Below are positions 1 through 14,800 of a DNA stretch of 64,000 nt, piece by piece. The position numbers and the translations under genes were made by a program. The notes beneath the pieces are model-generated. The model saw only the letters and a program-made list of their open reading frames with translations. It had not been told where the DNA came from and did not search any database. This stretch comes from Tubulanus polymorphus (lineage: Eukaryota > Animalia > Nemertea). The stretch is taken from positions 11,148,275 to 11,212,274 of the forward strand of contig NC_134032.1 of the NCBI RefSeq assembly GCF_964204645.1, read 5' to 3'. Positions within the stretch are counted from its first letter, which is position 1. Every line of letters begins with the position of its first letter.

Positions 1-311
1 AAATACAAACGTTCAAATTTCAGCATATAATATAATACTTCTTGAATTCCCGCGTGACAAACACTACATAGTGAAATTCCTGAGTCTTTTAAATAATTGA
101 TTAATTTGAAATCACTCAATTGCATTTTTGAACGAACATCATAAATCTTAACCGGAGGGTTGACACGAGCGAAAGTTAATTGAGTTAACCCCCCGGCTAT
201 TAAACCAACCACAGGGTTAAAGTTTAAATAATAACCTAAATGATCTATAAAACCAGCTTCAGACGATTCATCCCGAGACTTGCCCCGAACTGTCTCAGAC
301 ACGACACTTAC

Positions 312-3300
312 CGGTTGCAACGTTTGAACTTTCGGGTACAAACGTTTTCCGAGTTGTTGCCGATGCGCCGACAAATGTTCTGTGGTGGAATTCGCGGCGC
401 TGCTGGCGGCGTCGGTCGTGCCCTCCGCTCCTTCCAACGGCATATAGAACGGCGGCGCGTCGTACGACAACGCGCGTCGCGTTTCGCGGCATCGGTCGCG
501 ACTTCGTTGGCGTTGTAAGCTGCGCTGGCGTTCGCGCTCGCGTTCACGAGATCGCAAACGCTGAATCAAATCTGTCAAAGAAAATAAACAAACCTTTTTT
601 CAGAACCCTTACATCCACGCGAATCGTCGCGTTTAAATTTCGCAAAAGTTTCGGGATAAACTTGATAATAACCAAAAGCAAATTCGACTAAGACACCAAA
701 ATTTCGCATTCCCCAATTTTCAAGAAGAGAGTCAGCATTCCCCGAAAGGAAGAACATATCTGCAAGATGGTGGCCACTTTACGCCAATTTACAAATCCCT
801 CGAGTTTTCCTTGATTCTCATGAAGGCAGGGTCCAGTTCCACAGTCGTGAGTCACAGTTAAAATTAGCTCATTTATGACGAGTTAACTCTGAGTTCTGAG
901 TCAAATCTTAACTCACAACTGTGTAGGACTGAATCCAGAATTCCCTGCAGGTAAAAATAAATCAGTAATTCCGGTGAAGCCACTTACTGTATTGAAGCGA
1001 CTTGCTACCGATCAGAACGCCATCCAAACTCGGCAGTTTCTCCGTGGAGAGGATCGCGTTCGCGAGCGCCGTGTAGAAACTGCGCGCGACGCCACTGCCC
1101 TCGCCCGGCTCGTCTTTGAACGTCACTTTCACGCGGTGTACGGCCAGCGGCGGACCGTTCAGGTTCGTGCGTCGGTTGAAGTGGCTGTTCAACTGTTTGA
1201 ACGACTGTTGAATCAACGCTTTGCGATCCCTTTCGACCTAAAATGAAAACATTTGAAAACTATTCAACCAGCCACTTCGAGTGGCTACTAAACCCCCATT
1301 TATGAATTCGCAGAGGTTACCACATTGAAAATTCTAGGTTCAAAATGTTACAACCAATTTATTTTTCTTGCATCATTGCATTGATAAAGAAATGCGTACA
1401 ATTAATAGCATATCTAAATTCCCTGAGTTTACCCGATTTTCTAGGTTATCGGCCATTCTTGTTTTTGATGAAAAATTCTACATTCGATCAAACCCTTGGC
1501 AGGAGGCGAATCTAGTAAATTAAGCAGGGGTCCAGAAGAAAAGTGAAGGCATTTTTCAGAAAAAGCAGCCATGTCATAGGCCACTAGCGGGGTTCCACCC
1601 TCGGTATGAGATATATTTTCAAAGAAATACTTCTGAAAAATGCTATTTTCGCAAAGGATGTAAAATTTGCAGGTTCTAGGGACATTTGTCTCAGGGATGA
1701 AAACGGGCAAATCCAACCGATCTCAGAAAAACTTTAATACCCAGCCTCATAATCATCAACCGCCCCCCCCCCCCAAATTTTTTAATGCATGTACACTGTT
1801 CTCAAGATGATGGAAATGATAGAAATAGGTCAGAAAAGATTTTCATCCCTATTGTCTTGATGAGGCAACCTCAAAGGGAAGGCAGGGGTACAGACCACCG
1901 CTTAAATCCGCCGCACTCGGTTAATTTGTCCACCTACCTCTAGCGTCAAATCTCGTTGTTGCGAGTTGCGTAGTTTTTCCATTTCTTTGCGGAAACGACT
2001 CTCCTTCACCGGGAAGCCGCCGAGTTCGCTGATCACCGAGCCCGGCTCAGCGCCGACGTCGTCGCAGAACACCCGCCCGAACAGATCTAAACTCAGGCGC
2101 CACCTACCCAATAAAACGTCGTGCGATACGAACATTCCCGACTGAGACAACGGCCTGAAATCGAATCGAAAAATAAACCGCGCGTTATTTCAAACATGCT
2201 CTCCGAATAAAAAAGATGGTCGCATCCTTAGAATCCCCCTATGACATCGTTATTCGCCGACGAAATTTACATATCATTGTTGATGATGTCATAGGGGGAT
2301 TGTTTGGACACGGCCATCTTTTCTTGAAGGTTCTACGGATCGATTCACTGTTTTGGTCAATTAATGTCATACGGGGAATTACGGGAGCAGCCATCTTTAC
2401 TTGAATGTCACTGTCTTAGTTATTTGATGATGTCATAGGGTGATTCATGTAAGTAGCCATCTTATTGTGATTGTACTATAGACCTCATTTGACATGATGT
2501 CATAGGGGGAATTGTTAATCGTAATCATTCTCGTCCTGTAGGTGCTTACTTTTGGTGTACCCATCGTTCACCAGGTGGCAGGTCGGGTCGACTGGTTTCT
2601 ATAACAACGGTGTTCGACACGTTTTCGTTGGATCCGACGAGATCGTCGCCAGTGGTCGCCGTAGCTGACTGGTTACTGAAATAATCAATAATCTTACAAC
2701 TGCAACGAATAATCTCGTGGTTTGTAGCAGAGAGGTTTAAACAAAATTTAGCACTTCCAAATGCGGAAAGAGAAGGACTTTTTAGTGAATTGCGGCCAAG
2801 CAGAGATACTGTTACTGCTTATCATGATTTGTCAAACCTTAACAATAACCTATGGACAAATCGCTTTTGTCGTGCAATAAAAGTCTTCATTGAATTTGGT
2901 TGAAAGAAGAAAAGACAGCATTTTCTCACACATAAAATATTGCTATAAATTCACATTATGGATTGGCTTTTCCCTTTTCAACCATGTTAAAGTTCGTTCC
3001 TTGCAAGCCTTCAATGCAGTTTAAATGAATGACAAATCGATCTTATCTCAAGTTGAGAACAGATATTAGGACATTAATAGCTTTTCAATTATTCGATGCG
3101 CAGGCTGTGACAAAAATATTTCAGATGGCTTTCGAAAAGAAGCACTTTTCTGCACTTATTGACGTTTTTTGAGAAAAGCAACACAAACAGAGCCATAATG
3201 AATATAAATGAGGCAATATTGAAATCGAATATTAAATATTTACCTTTCTGCCGACGCTCCAGGGGTGGGGTTTGTCTCCATGGTCCGTTCCGTATCCGCA

Positions 3301-5787
3301 GTGTTAGTCGTAGGCGTCGTCGTCATCGACATCGGTAGAATTTGCGACGAACTGGCGTGAACGATGACGCTCGTAACCGACGACTTCTCGACGCCGGCGC
3401 CACCTGCCGCTGTATCCTCCGATTGAGCGCTGTTACGAACGATCACGCTAGTACCGGCCACCGGTTCGGACGGCGCCGCTGTTTTCTCAGCCGTCGACGC
3501 GGCAGATGACGCGACCGCCGGATCGGCGCACGGCGCGTCGACGTCCATCGACGAATCGGACGTCGATTGAGCGACGACGTCTGCCGAACTAGCAGACGGA
3601 TCGGGATCGGCGAATGGAGCAGGTGGCAGCACTGGTTCGTTTTCTGTATTCTCCGGTGACGAAGTGTCCGTCGATTTGTCATCTCCGGCGTGCTCTTTAC
3701 GATTAATATCCGGAGCAGACGAAGCTGACACGGTCGGAGCAGTCACGGCAGACGGAGCATTCTCCGCCGTAGCAGAAGTCGTCGCCGGAGCGTCAGCAGT
3801 TGGCGCAGCCGCGGTCGTCGGAGCATTCCTGGCTGTCGGAGCCGTCCCCGCCGGAGAAGTCATCTCGGTATCGCTCTCCATGTCATCGTTATGAGATTTA
3901 CTCAACCACGGTTCTATACTGCGTTCCGACAGACCCATATGAGTCGGCAGTTGATTGAACGGTTTCGGCTGCTCGCTCGTCGCTTTAGTCGCCGCCGTCG
4001 TCGTCGCCTCGGGGCAACAGGTGGCGCTTGTCTTTGGCGGTATTCCGAACATGTCCTCGCGGCGCGCGTTCGGCGTCAGTAGATGCGGTTGATCGGCGAG
4101 CGGCAACGCGCACGTCAACGCCGTATCGAACGGGTCGGGCGGCGGACACCCGAGAAACAACGTCGAATCAGTACGCTGAAAGAACGAATGTTTACCGCCT
4201 AGTTTACTCGGTATTTCGGCGTTGTTGGCACCGCCGACGACGCCGCCCTCGACACTGTCATCGGTTTCCATCGCGATACCGCCGCCGCCGTGCGCTCCGA
4301 CGCCGCCGCCGCCGATGTCGTCGTCTTGGTCGTCATTTTCGTTCTCGTCGTGATCCTGCCACGACGACGACACGGAGACGCTGTCGCGTATCGCGTCGGC
4401 GTCCGAGTCGGTTCCGCTGCGCATGTAGTAGATCAACGCGTCGAACACGTACGCGATGTGTTTCAACGCCGAGATGTCGATCACCGGCAGATTGTCGCAG
4501 TGTTCGTCGTTGTGCGCGCGCATCAACGATAACGCGTACATCAGGAAATCGCGACGCGCCGAATTCGCCTCCGATCCTAGAAATAAATAAGAAATTCCGT
4601 TGCTAAGAAATATTTCAATAATGCAACAACGTTTACAGGGTTGCCAACCACTGAAAAGCGCCATCGGTAAAAAACTGATTTCTTTTCAGTAACATTTCAT
4701 TGGAATATGAAAGAAAAAGGTTCAAACTAATCACTAATCAACAGTAAGACCTTTCGTAACATCTTTCATATTTCCGTAGGTACGCATCAAAAAAATCTAA
4801 TCAGTATTTCTTGTTATGAAATAGTAACAAATACTGAAAATCAGTAACTTTGGCAGCTCTGCATTATGTATGCTCGTGAAAATAAGCTGATTTTTAATCC
4901 CATGTACCCAGATAAAACTTTAAACTTTACGTCCTTACCCCCCTCCAAGTACCTATGTAAGAACGATTTTTGCAAAAAATTTGACTCATTATCGCTGGAT
5001 GTGTGCAATAAATAAAATCAAGTTAAATTGAGGTTCATAGGTAGACATAATCAACATAGATTTAAGCCTAATGACCAAAAACCTTTTCTATAGAAGGGTC
5101 AGACAATTTGATGACATCATAAGAGGGGAATTAACGGAGGCAGCCATTTTTCCTGAGCAACTTACCAAATCTGCTCCTGCGTCGACCGTCTATGATATGC
5201 AGCGTGCGCGGTTCGTCGAGGTTCACCGACGTCACCGTGCGGTTGCTACGGAGATACGTCGAGTGTTGCGGGTGTCCGGGATGCGACGGGTCGGAACGTT
5301 CGCTCAGAACCGACCCGAATCGTAGCTGAGCCTCGGTCGAGTCCATGATCGTCACGAGCCAGTCCCACGTCGGCTTCAGGTGACATTCTAGATATAACTG
5401 CAATGAAAAATTCCATGAAAACTTTTTTGAAAATCTCGAAATTGAAATTAAGAAGGAACCAAAATTACCAAACTAGGCTTCCGGGAATATTTAGGTGAAC
5501 AATTGACGATTTCAATATTAAACGCCCTGTAGTGAAATCAATGACCTTAAAACTCACAAGCACAATCATAACACATGTAATGAGCAACAACTTTGCAATT
5601 GATTGGAAATACTATTACAGAGTACATGGTGGCCACTGTTATTTGACATGCTTTTTACCCGACTTGCACATTTTTCCCCTTACTTTGATCTGCTAAGACA
5701 CCAATCAATTAACTCATAATCAGTTAATTCATCTTTTTAAAGAACACGCTTTTTAGCAATTTCAATGCGTTTTCGTGGCCTAACTTC

Positions 5788-5831
<44 letters not shown>

Positions 5832-8800
5832 TTATTCAGCCTAAAATTCATATAGAATATGCTCATTGGCATAACATCATGTATAAAAAGAGAACAGAGA
5901 AAACTAAAACTGGTTTAATTAAAAGCTTTTATGAACAAATGGGTTTTGAGCTTAAATTTAAAAACATCGATTGAAGGACTAGATTAAATTGGACTAGGGA
6001 AAGTATTCCAGAGTACTGGGGCAGAGTACGCGTATTCTAATTGTAAACCGCGTGCAGTGGTGCGGTGCGGTCTATAAACGTCTATTACTATCATTATTTA
6101 TAAGTCAAGAGGGTGTAGGCAGCAGTTCAGAGTTAATAACTTACGTGTAAATTGACCGTGTCCTGATATGTGACGTCTAAAACTCTTGGTAAATTCGGAG
6201 CGAGTTCGTTGTAATCCTGCAGCATCGTCAACAAATCGGCGATTTGACGAATCAGAATGCTGAATCCTCGCGCCAGCTGACTGGCGGTCGTCGCCATCGT
6301 TACCGGGCTCTCGGGCGCGGCGGCTGTCGACGTCGTCGTCGTGCGTCGCAACGTCGACGGGTCGATGAAAACGAGGCTGCTCGTACCGCTGGTCGTTGTC
6401 GCCGTCGTCGTCGGTCGCGTGTTCGAGTTCGTGTCACGTTGACGGACGGCCCACTGCATCGTGTACGGAGCCTGAAGTGTCCGCTGTCCTTGGGACCCTG
6501 AAATTCATAAACATCGAATTAAACCACATTGAAATTATGAAAATTATTATTTCAGGGGTCTTGCACACAATTTTTACATCATGACAATAATTAGTTTTTT
6601 TTCATATCCTTTTCAACACAAAAAACCATGTTTGATAATACATGCGATCTCAACAAATTTGTGACAACCCTTGCGAGAATTTTTCAATTTCGAAAAAATA
6701 AAATAAAATCGACAAACTGACCAGTACCGGTTCCGGTGGTCCGTCGTTCCAACTGTTCGTCGACGAGCGTATTCAAGTCTGGTTCGTGGTCGTCGCTCTC
6801 GGCGACCTCGCTGTCGTCTTCTTCCTCCTGATTGGACGATTCGCCCGAATCCTCCTCGCTGAAATACGCCAGGCTGGCGAGTCCGTCGGCGGCGACGTCC
6901 GAGCCAGCCGTGGCGGCGGTCGCCGCGACGCTGCGCTGTATGCTGCCGCTATCCTGACCTTCGTTATCGCTGTAACTGTCGCTCTCCGACTCGGCCAACA
7001 GATCTAAATCCATATCACTCTCGGCGGCGACTAGAAATATAACGCAAACAGTCACCAGGCGACGAACAGCGGTGTCCGAGGGAGATTGGGTTCGTAGTAG
7101 AGTATGGCTCAGGTAAAAGTAAGCACTTCATCATAAGCACACGTTGAAATTTTAATGTTAAGTAAGCATTTCGTAATGCTTTCAGCAGGTCTATACCACA
7201 GTGCGGTGTATAATTCTGTGATGCACCTTGCTAGTACACCACGATGCATTGATGTTATTGATAATTAGTTTTTATTTCTATTGAAAGATGAAAGACAGCG
7301 TGTGTCGAACGTAGTAGCATATTAGTAACTAACAATACACCACACGGAGGTGTAAACGCATTAAAGCTGTATGCCCCTTATTAAACACAGGGGTGGAATC
7401 TTTTTCACGGGTGGGATTTTCAAATTATCTCCAGCACTTCCGGGTATTGATTAGTCATCACATAATTTTTTGGGGAGAAAATAAATCATTATTATCATTA
7501 TCACTGAAAGGGTTTAGGGCTTTACTTCTGGATAAATAGATTTTAATTGATGATATCACATGGGGCCTTATTGGAAATGTTGTTCTTACCGTCATCATTT
7601 TGAGGCGGATGTTCGGAATGTTCGGATTGTCGATCCTCGTTATCGGAATGATGTTCGTCGTCATCGACGACCTCGACGTCGTCCGCCTCGGTCGCTGCGA
7701 CGATCTCATCGTCGGCGTCTCGCGTCGACACGCGGCGCGTTTCTAACGGCGCGCTGCTGACTGGTAACGCCGGCGGATCGGCCGCATTGTTGTTGTTGTT
7801 GTTCTGGCTGCTGCGCACGGCGAACGAAGACGTCGCTGCGGTCATCGCGGTCGTATCGGCGGCGTGAGAGCGCGGAGGCATCGGCTCGGCGGAGAATAAC
7901 TCTTCGCTTCCCTGAAATTAACAAAAAATTCGAAAATTTACGAAATGAATGAAAATTCCTGAGACAAAATGTCTGAACTCGAAAACTTGAGTTTTAAGTT
8001 TTAAGAATTTCTTGAACTCCTCAGAATCAAATTTTTCATTCAATTTCGGACAAATGACCTATTCCTTGGAATTTCAAGAAAAATTTTCTCATAATTTCAA
8101 AAGCCGACAAATTTTCTACGATTTAGAATTTTAGAAAATATTTCTCTGACAGTTACCTGAATAGCCTCGACGTTCGAACTGACCAACGAAAACGGAGCAG
8201 ACGGACGCGTGACGCCCATACGGACGGGAGCGATCAGCGAATCGGCCGTCTCGCACAGTTCCTCGATAGCAATCGGAATCAATGCTTGAAATATGCGTCG
8301 ACATTTCATCATCGGGAACATACCCAAACTGAACGACTGAGGGCTAGAAATATAACAAAAGCATCGGATACATTTCACTCGAGTCAAATATCGTTTTCAC
8401 GGTTCGTGATTCTTTTTTATTAAGGTTCAAAGACAAGATGGCTGCCCCATAAATACCCCTATGACATCGCCAGAATGACCGACCGATATATTTTGAAATG
8501 ATGGCCGCCCCATAAATACCCCTATGACATCACCAGAATGACAAAATGATTTGTTCAGAAAGATAGCCGCCTCAGTAAATGAAATCATCAAATGCCTGGT
8601 GGTGTTTGAAAGATAGTTGCCTCCTTGTTTTCGCCTATGACATCATCAAATTGTGGGTAATATAGACATTCCTAGACTAGAAAAAGATTGACTCCTCCAA
8701 AATACCCCTATGACATCATGAAATTGCCTAGATCTGTCCAATATTATACAATAGAAGTACCTCGCCTAATCATCTAATAAAAAAAATTTAGTCATGATGG

Positions 8801-11800
8801 AACAATCGATATCAACCAGCCAACCCCCAGAAATTTGCAATATCTCATGCAATCAAAACTTGAAATAGTACTTTTTCGAATCGCTCGTTTTAGAGATCGT
8901 ACGTACCATTTTTTCTTGAACGATCCCGGCGTCATTTCGAGGTTCAGAATCACGAATATTCTCGCGACTGAACGCACGAATCGACGCGCGACGTTTTTCG
9001 CTTGTTCTTTGCGCCCGGCGACGGCTTCGTTCTGCATCTCGCGAATCAACGTCACGATCAACGTGTCCAACATCTACAATTTTAGGGGTCAAATTGTGAT
9101 GAACATTCATATTTTTTTCACATCATTACAATTTAGGATTTTTTCACAACAAAATAACAATAACAATTCGCTTTTTTCCACGTAAAAATAATTATTTCAA
9201 AATTTTTCGGATAATTTTCCCAGATATTTCAAATTCTTACTTAGTCAAAGTACAATAATGTAAGTGGTTACTGATCTCAATCCGGACAGATTTAGATACA
9301 TTTCTTCAATTTCCACACAGCGTAAGATCTGAGCTCCTTAGTAATATAAAGGGCATCAAAATATTTTGCTTAACATTTTTCTCGAATTTTTGCGCACATG
9401 TCAATAAATTTTCACAGATTTCTCATATTTTGCCGACTTAAGCGGAATTCCATACCAATTTTTCACATGAAATTTTGACCCCTCTCCGAGGTAGATTTAT
9501 CCACTCACCTCGACGCTACATTTAACCAGCAGACAATGAGTGAATTTATCTAAATGACTCGTTCCGGTTTGACTGTTCAAATAAACCTGATCCTCGAACA
9601 GCACCTCCGATGACGACCTGCGCAAAAACAACCGCAGACCCACTTTCAATTATCAAATTATGATTATTGGTACGAACTAAACCTTGAATTTTCTTTAGAT
9701 TTTTTTGTGTAGATGGGCGAGTGCTACGGACAGACCCGGTAGGGTGGCCACTTTCCGCCCATTTACAAATCCCCTCAGTTTTCTCTGATTTTTCCATGTG
9801 ATTATACACAGTTCCCCGAGAATGAATCAAGAGAAATTTCTAGGTTTAAATTGTTAGAATTCATTTATTCTTTATTGAATCCCATACTGATGAAGAAACA
9901 TGTGGTAAATAGCATTATCCAAATTCCCAGGTTTTCGGTAGAATTTGTCAAATTCCATGAGTTTTCCAGGTGTAACAATGGCCAAACCTGACTAGGTACC
10001 AGTATCTTAAATTTTAGAAAGTTTGCACCAAAATTGAGAGTAATCTGGCATCAAAAATAGTGGTTTAATTGAAAATGAACTAAAAATCATTCTGATTATG
10101 AGAATATTTTGAATTTTGATATTTTTGGGATTAGTTGAAAAGAGTAGAAACTACAACGTAGTCGTACCCATGTCTGTACTGAGGTTAGGGGTTGAGGCTG
10201 TTTGTGTTAAACTTACTGATCTTGCTTCGTTCCGCTGAGGACCATCGCTTGAACCGCATTCCAATCGTTCAAAATGCGCTCCAATGCGCGGCGACTGAAC
10301 CTCGGCGGTTCGAGGTCGTGTTCGGGCATTTCCGGATCTGAAAACGACCGTACGGAAAATGGATTTAGACGGGCGCAAAATTTCCGAGATCTTTCGAAAT
10401 AATTATCATTCTCTTTTTCGGACTGACCTGTATCCGATCCGGCGACATTGATTTTCTTATGAACGCGAGCGCGAGGTCGATATTGACGCTGTTCCACTAA
10501 TTGTCGACCGACTGTCTGCACCAAAAACAACAGGATGTGCTCCCCTCTGTGTGAAAAACAATGAAATCATTTAATTCTCAACATTCTGCACAATTCAAAA
10601 GCAGGAGACGGGGAGCATTGCGTCTGCTTCAAAAAACCAGAAGACAGGGAGCATTCTATGTGTTTCGAAAGAGATGCTAGACAGTACATTCAAAATTTTG
10701 ACTCTCGAGATGAAGTCAAAGCTGGAACCAGTTTAAGGAATCGTTCTTTAAAACTGACAAAATTTGATAAAGAGATTTTCTATGACAGATTTTTAGAATT
10801 TGAGGTGCCAAGAGCCAACTTAGAATTCGAGGTTTTTTGTATCCGCAAAATTGAATTTTAGAATTGGAGGATTTATTGAGGGATTTGAGGGGCTGTAGGA
10901 ACGCTGTAAGTGCTTAAGGTGTTTAAATCTGAATTACAAACTCACCGTTTATTCGGTAATTTAACGAGATCAGTTTCCATGAGCAGACGGTTGAGTAGTT
11001 CTAATCGAATCGTTTGATTTCCGGCAATCAACGCTTTACATTTACACTTCTCCCAACAGTCGCAGTAAGCAGTAGGAGTGGTCTTCTTCAACCTGAAACG
11101 CAAATTAATCATTACTATTTCAATTTCACAGTTCAAGCAAGATTTGAAATTTCCTGAGCATTTACAAGTTTCATTGAACTAACTAGGACAAATCTTGAGC
11201 TTGGAATCTTCCCATGATTAAACTAACTAGCACTAGTATTTTGCGCCTAGTTTTTAGAAGTACTCGTCTTTTGGGCTACTAAAATGTACTAGGCTTTGTC
11301 ATTTTGTTTCTGATCCTTAGTTGGAACATATTAAAACCAGTGTTCGGGACCTTAAGCCTAAACCAAACGTATTTACTGCCGGCTACGAATATATTCGTAC
11401 TTCTGGTTCTGTCACCGGTGCCGGCTACGAATATAGGCCTATTCGTAGCTGATTCTTCCTATTCACTGTTTGATATTTGCACTTTGGCACGCAGGAATGA
11501 CAAAGCTCCTGATTGGCAGGCAATGTCGACAAACTCTGCTTCATTCTCAATGCTCATTGGTCAATTTCGAGCAAAAGCCAACTATGTAACAGCTCCAGCA
11601 TCAACCTACTGCATTATCAAGCTGGCAGCAAACAGTTTAAGGGATAAATTTGAACGGTTGTAGGCTGAATCTAGTAGCTGAACTTAACATATTTCAATCG
11701 ACGTTACTTACTTGCAGTCGTGACCTTTATGGCAGACGTACGCGCATTCCGTACAGCAGCAGAGCGAGCCAAGCAAACCGCAGGTGCGACATTCGAATAT

Positions 11801-14800
11801 ATCCTGATTAATGTGCTCGGCGCCGGTCCACGTGAAGCTGCACGTGTCATTGCAGCAAATCAGGTGCAGCGGAGAATCATTCAACGTCGAACCCGACGGA
11901 TACAACATCGCCATCAGACGGTCTTTATCGCTCGCGGTGGCGGCGGCAGGCGGTTTATCGCTTCCAACGGCTGACGTCGTTACGAGTTTACACGCGGTGT
12001 CCATGATGTGCAACGCAGCCGGGTATGCGCGACTACTCACGGCTAACATGAACGGCGTCAAGCCCTCCGCATTTCTGAAAGATCGCATAGAAATATCGGT
12101 GAAATTTTCGGCGGTTAATTTTGCGGTGATTGAAATCTTCGAGATATTTCTGCTAAAACAACGAAGAAAACTAACGCACCTAAGCATCTGGGCCCGGTTT
12201 TATGGACTGGTTTTAACTCTGACCCGGGGGCTAACTCGATTGAAAATGAATTGAGTTAGCCCAGGGTTAAAGTTAATACCAGTCTTTTAAACCAGTAAAC
12301 ACCCGGTAAACACACACCCCTTTACCCTCCAAAATCAAGGTACTGATTCAGAGAAAAATCCCTCAGTAATGCTTTTAATTCCTGTTCAAATTTATAATTC
12401 ATCAACAGCAATCAAGGGGGTAAGACCCTGAGTAACACCTTCCACATTTATGTTCAAATTTATCATAAAACAAGTCGGTAAGATCCTCAGTAATACACAG
12501 CAAGGGAATAACACCTACGGAAACACCTTTCACATTTTCATTCAAAGTCTGTAATCATAGGGAGGCAAAGAACCTCAGTAACACCTTCCACAGTTCTGCT
12601 GAGAAATCAATCGGTAATCAAAGGGGGTAAGACTATCGGTGACTTACCTTTCAGTGAGTAACGTAAATAGTTTCGTTTGTAGAATCGTTGAATCGCACAT
12701 CGTTTTGAGAATTTGCACGGCGTTGCTGCGACGTTCTTTGTCTTCCAGTAAGACCGGCGCGAGGCTACCGTCGCCGCAGCTGTTCGCGTTGTTCATCGCG
12801 GGCGATGCCGTCGACGACGAACTCGCCGCCGCTGCTCCGAGATTCGGAGGAAAAGTCGGAGAACTCGACGAATTTTCTGAAAATCGATAACGCGAATATT
12901 GGAACCGATTCAAAACTCCGGTTATCGGTCAATTCAAACTCTCAGCTATATTTGAAGAGCTCTTAACCCTTTCAGTGCGACGTATAAATCTGCGAGATTT
13001 AGCTGATACGCTGCACCGCGGTGTATCAACACTATCATCAACGTAGTTATAATTTCTATTGAAAGATGGCAGCACCTGTCACACATTGTAAAATAATCGT
13101 AACTAACGACCGCCACTCCAACGGTACACCAGTTACACAATGCACAGGGGTGGAATTTTTGAAGATTTTCAAATTAGCTCCAGGGGCCAGTTGCATAGTC
13201 ATGGCTTAGATTTAGAACTGGTCTAAGACCAACTTAGTTCTATACTCAATCTAACAACTTAAGACCAGTCTTAAGATTTAACACCACTTTTGGACTCAAG
13301 TCACGACTGTGCAACAGGGCCCTGCATTTCAGGGCAAAAACTGGTCAGCACTGAAAGGGTTTTAAACCGATTGTACAGAGCCTAAATGTCTTGGAAGTAA
13401 AAGTAAGTTTGTTAAGTTCCATCGATTACGGTACCTGATCTGAGATTATTAGTCGTTGAATCGATGTTGTTTGAATCGGGAGGCCACGTGAACGTCGGAA
13501 TCGCGATTCCCGGTTCCTCTCTGTCAGCGCTTGATCGCGATTCGTCGTTCAAATTGTTCATGACGCGAGCGGCGCTGGTCGCCCGGCGCATCATCTCTCT
13601 TAGACTGACGCTGTAAAAATAACAGAAGCAGACGTGTCAGCTTTTTGTAAGCAGACAGAAATAGATCTATTACTAGGAGCAGACAAGACTAGACGGAAGA
13701 TTTAAATCTAACAATACGGACCGAGTTACACAGTTGTGAGTTAGAGTTAACTCTAGAGTTAAAGTCAAATCTTAACTCACAACTGGACCCAGAAGTTTTT
13801 CATTTTCAATAATTTTTAGGATAGGATCACATCTCATTTTCAAGATTTAAATCTAAAAGTCAAAATTTAACTATTACATTTTCGTTAACTTATAGAGTCA
13901 AATCATATCTGTGTTCCTTACTGCTTAGTCCTATTTTTTATCTTTTTTTGGAATTTCTACCTTGAACCGTTGAAGGGCATATCGGAGAGTGAAGTTACTA
14001 TAACAGGGTGGCCACTTTTATTTGACACACTTTTTCCATGACTTTTTTAAAGAAGAGAAATATACCTTTCCCCCCCCCCGACTTCCAGGTAAGACGCACC
14101 ACCGCGTACAACATATATATGCATATACTTACTTTCTGCCGCTTGCGCGATCGGTGGAATCTCTCGCGTTGATCGAAGACAGCGCGTCGATCGCGTTCGT
14201 TACCGATAAACCTTCCATCGACGAGCTGTAGCTACCCTCGCGATTCTCTGCAAATACGACAATTTTAATCCGATTTATTCTCATTGATCCAAAAAAGCTT
14301 TTCGGAACAATTTCCGACTTATAATAGTTAAGTTTGCAATGTCGTATATGTTGAAAACATGAAATGATCGAAACTTCAAAACTCCTACGCGGAACTCGAC
14401 CCTGGACTAATTATAAATTTCCAAGCAGATTTATACCATCCGCATAACTATGAGTCGCATGGGTTACATGAAACGTGTTAACGCTTAAAAGCGGTTAAGT
14501 TTGGAATTAGAAAGTGAAAATTTCAAGTCGAGATGATACAAAATATCTCTGTAAGTTGAAAACAAGAGAAATCCTATGATCATTCAACCAAAGATGTAAA
14601 ATTTTCGAGTCAAAGAGCATTTATCATGACCAGTACCAGGTATGCCCGATGATGGCTAACAGTCTTTAGCCGAAACATTGCTCAAATATATGAACCTTTA
14701 CTGAAGAACTTTACATTTTGTGGCCGAATTATCGTGGGATCTCGTATCAAAGAATTACGTTTCCATATCAACGTACCGGCTTCGTTCTCTTTATTAGAAG

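Noticed and set aside
2211-2515. CRISPR array
   Set aside because: The repeats are degenerate and of mixed orientation, lie in spliceosomal introns, and have no cas genes nearby. Kept only as a repeat family.
3664-4606. Plus-strand ORFs overlapping UBR5 exons, and similar shadow ORFs elsewhere
   Set aside because: These are antisense or alternative frames of GC-rich coding exons with no recognisable protein features.
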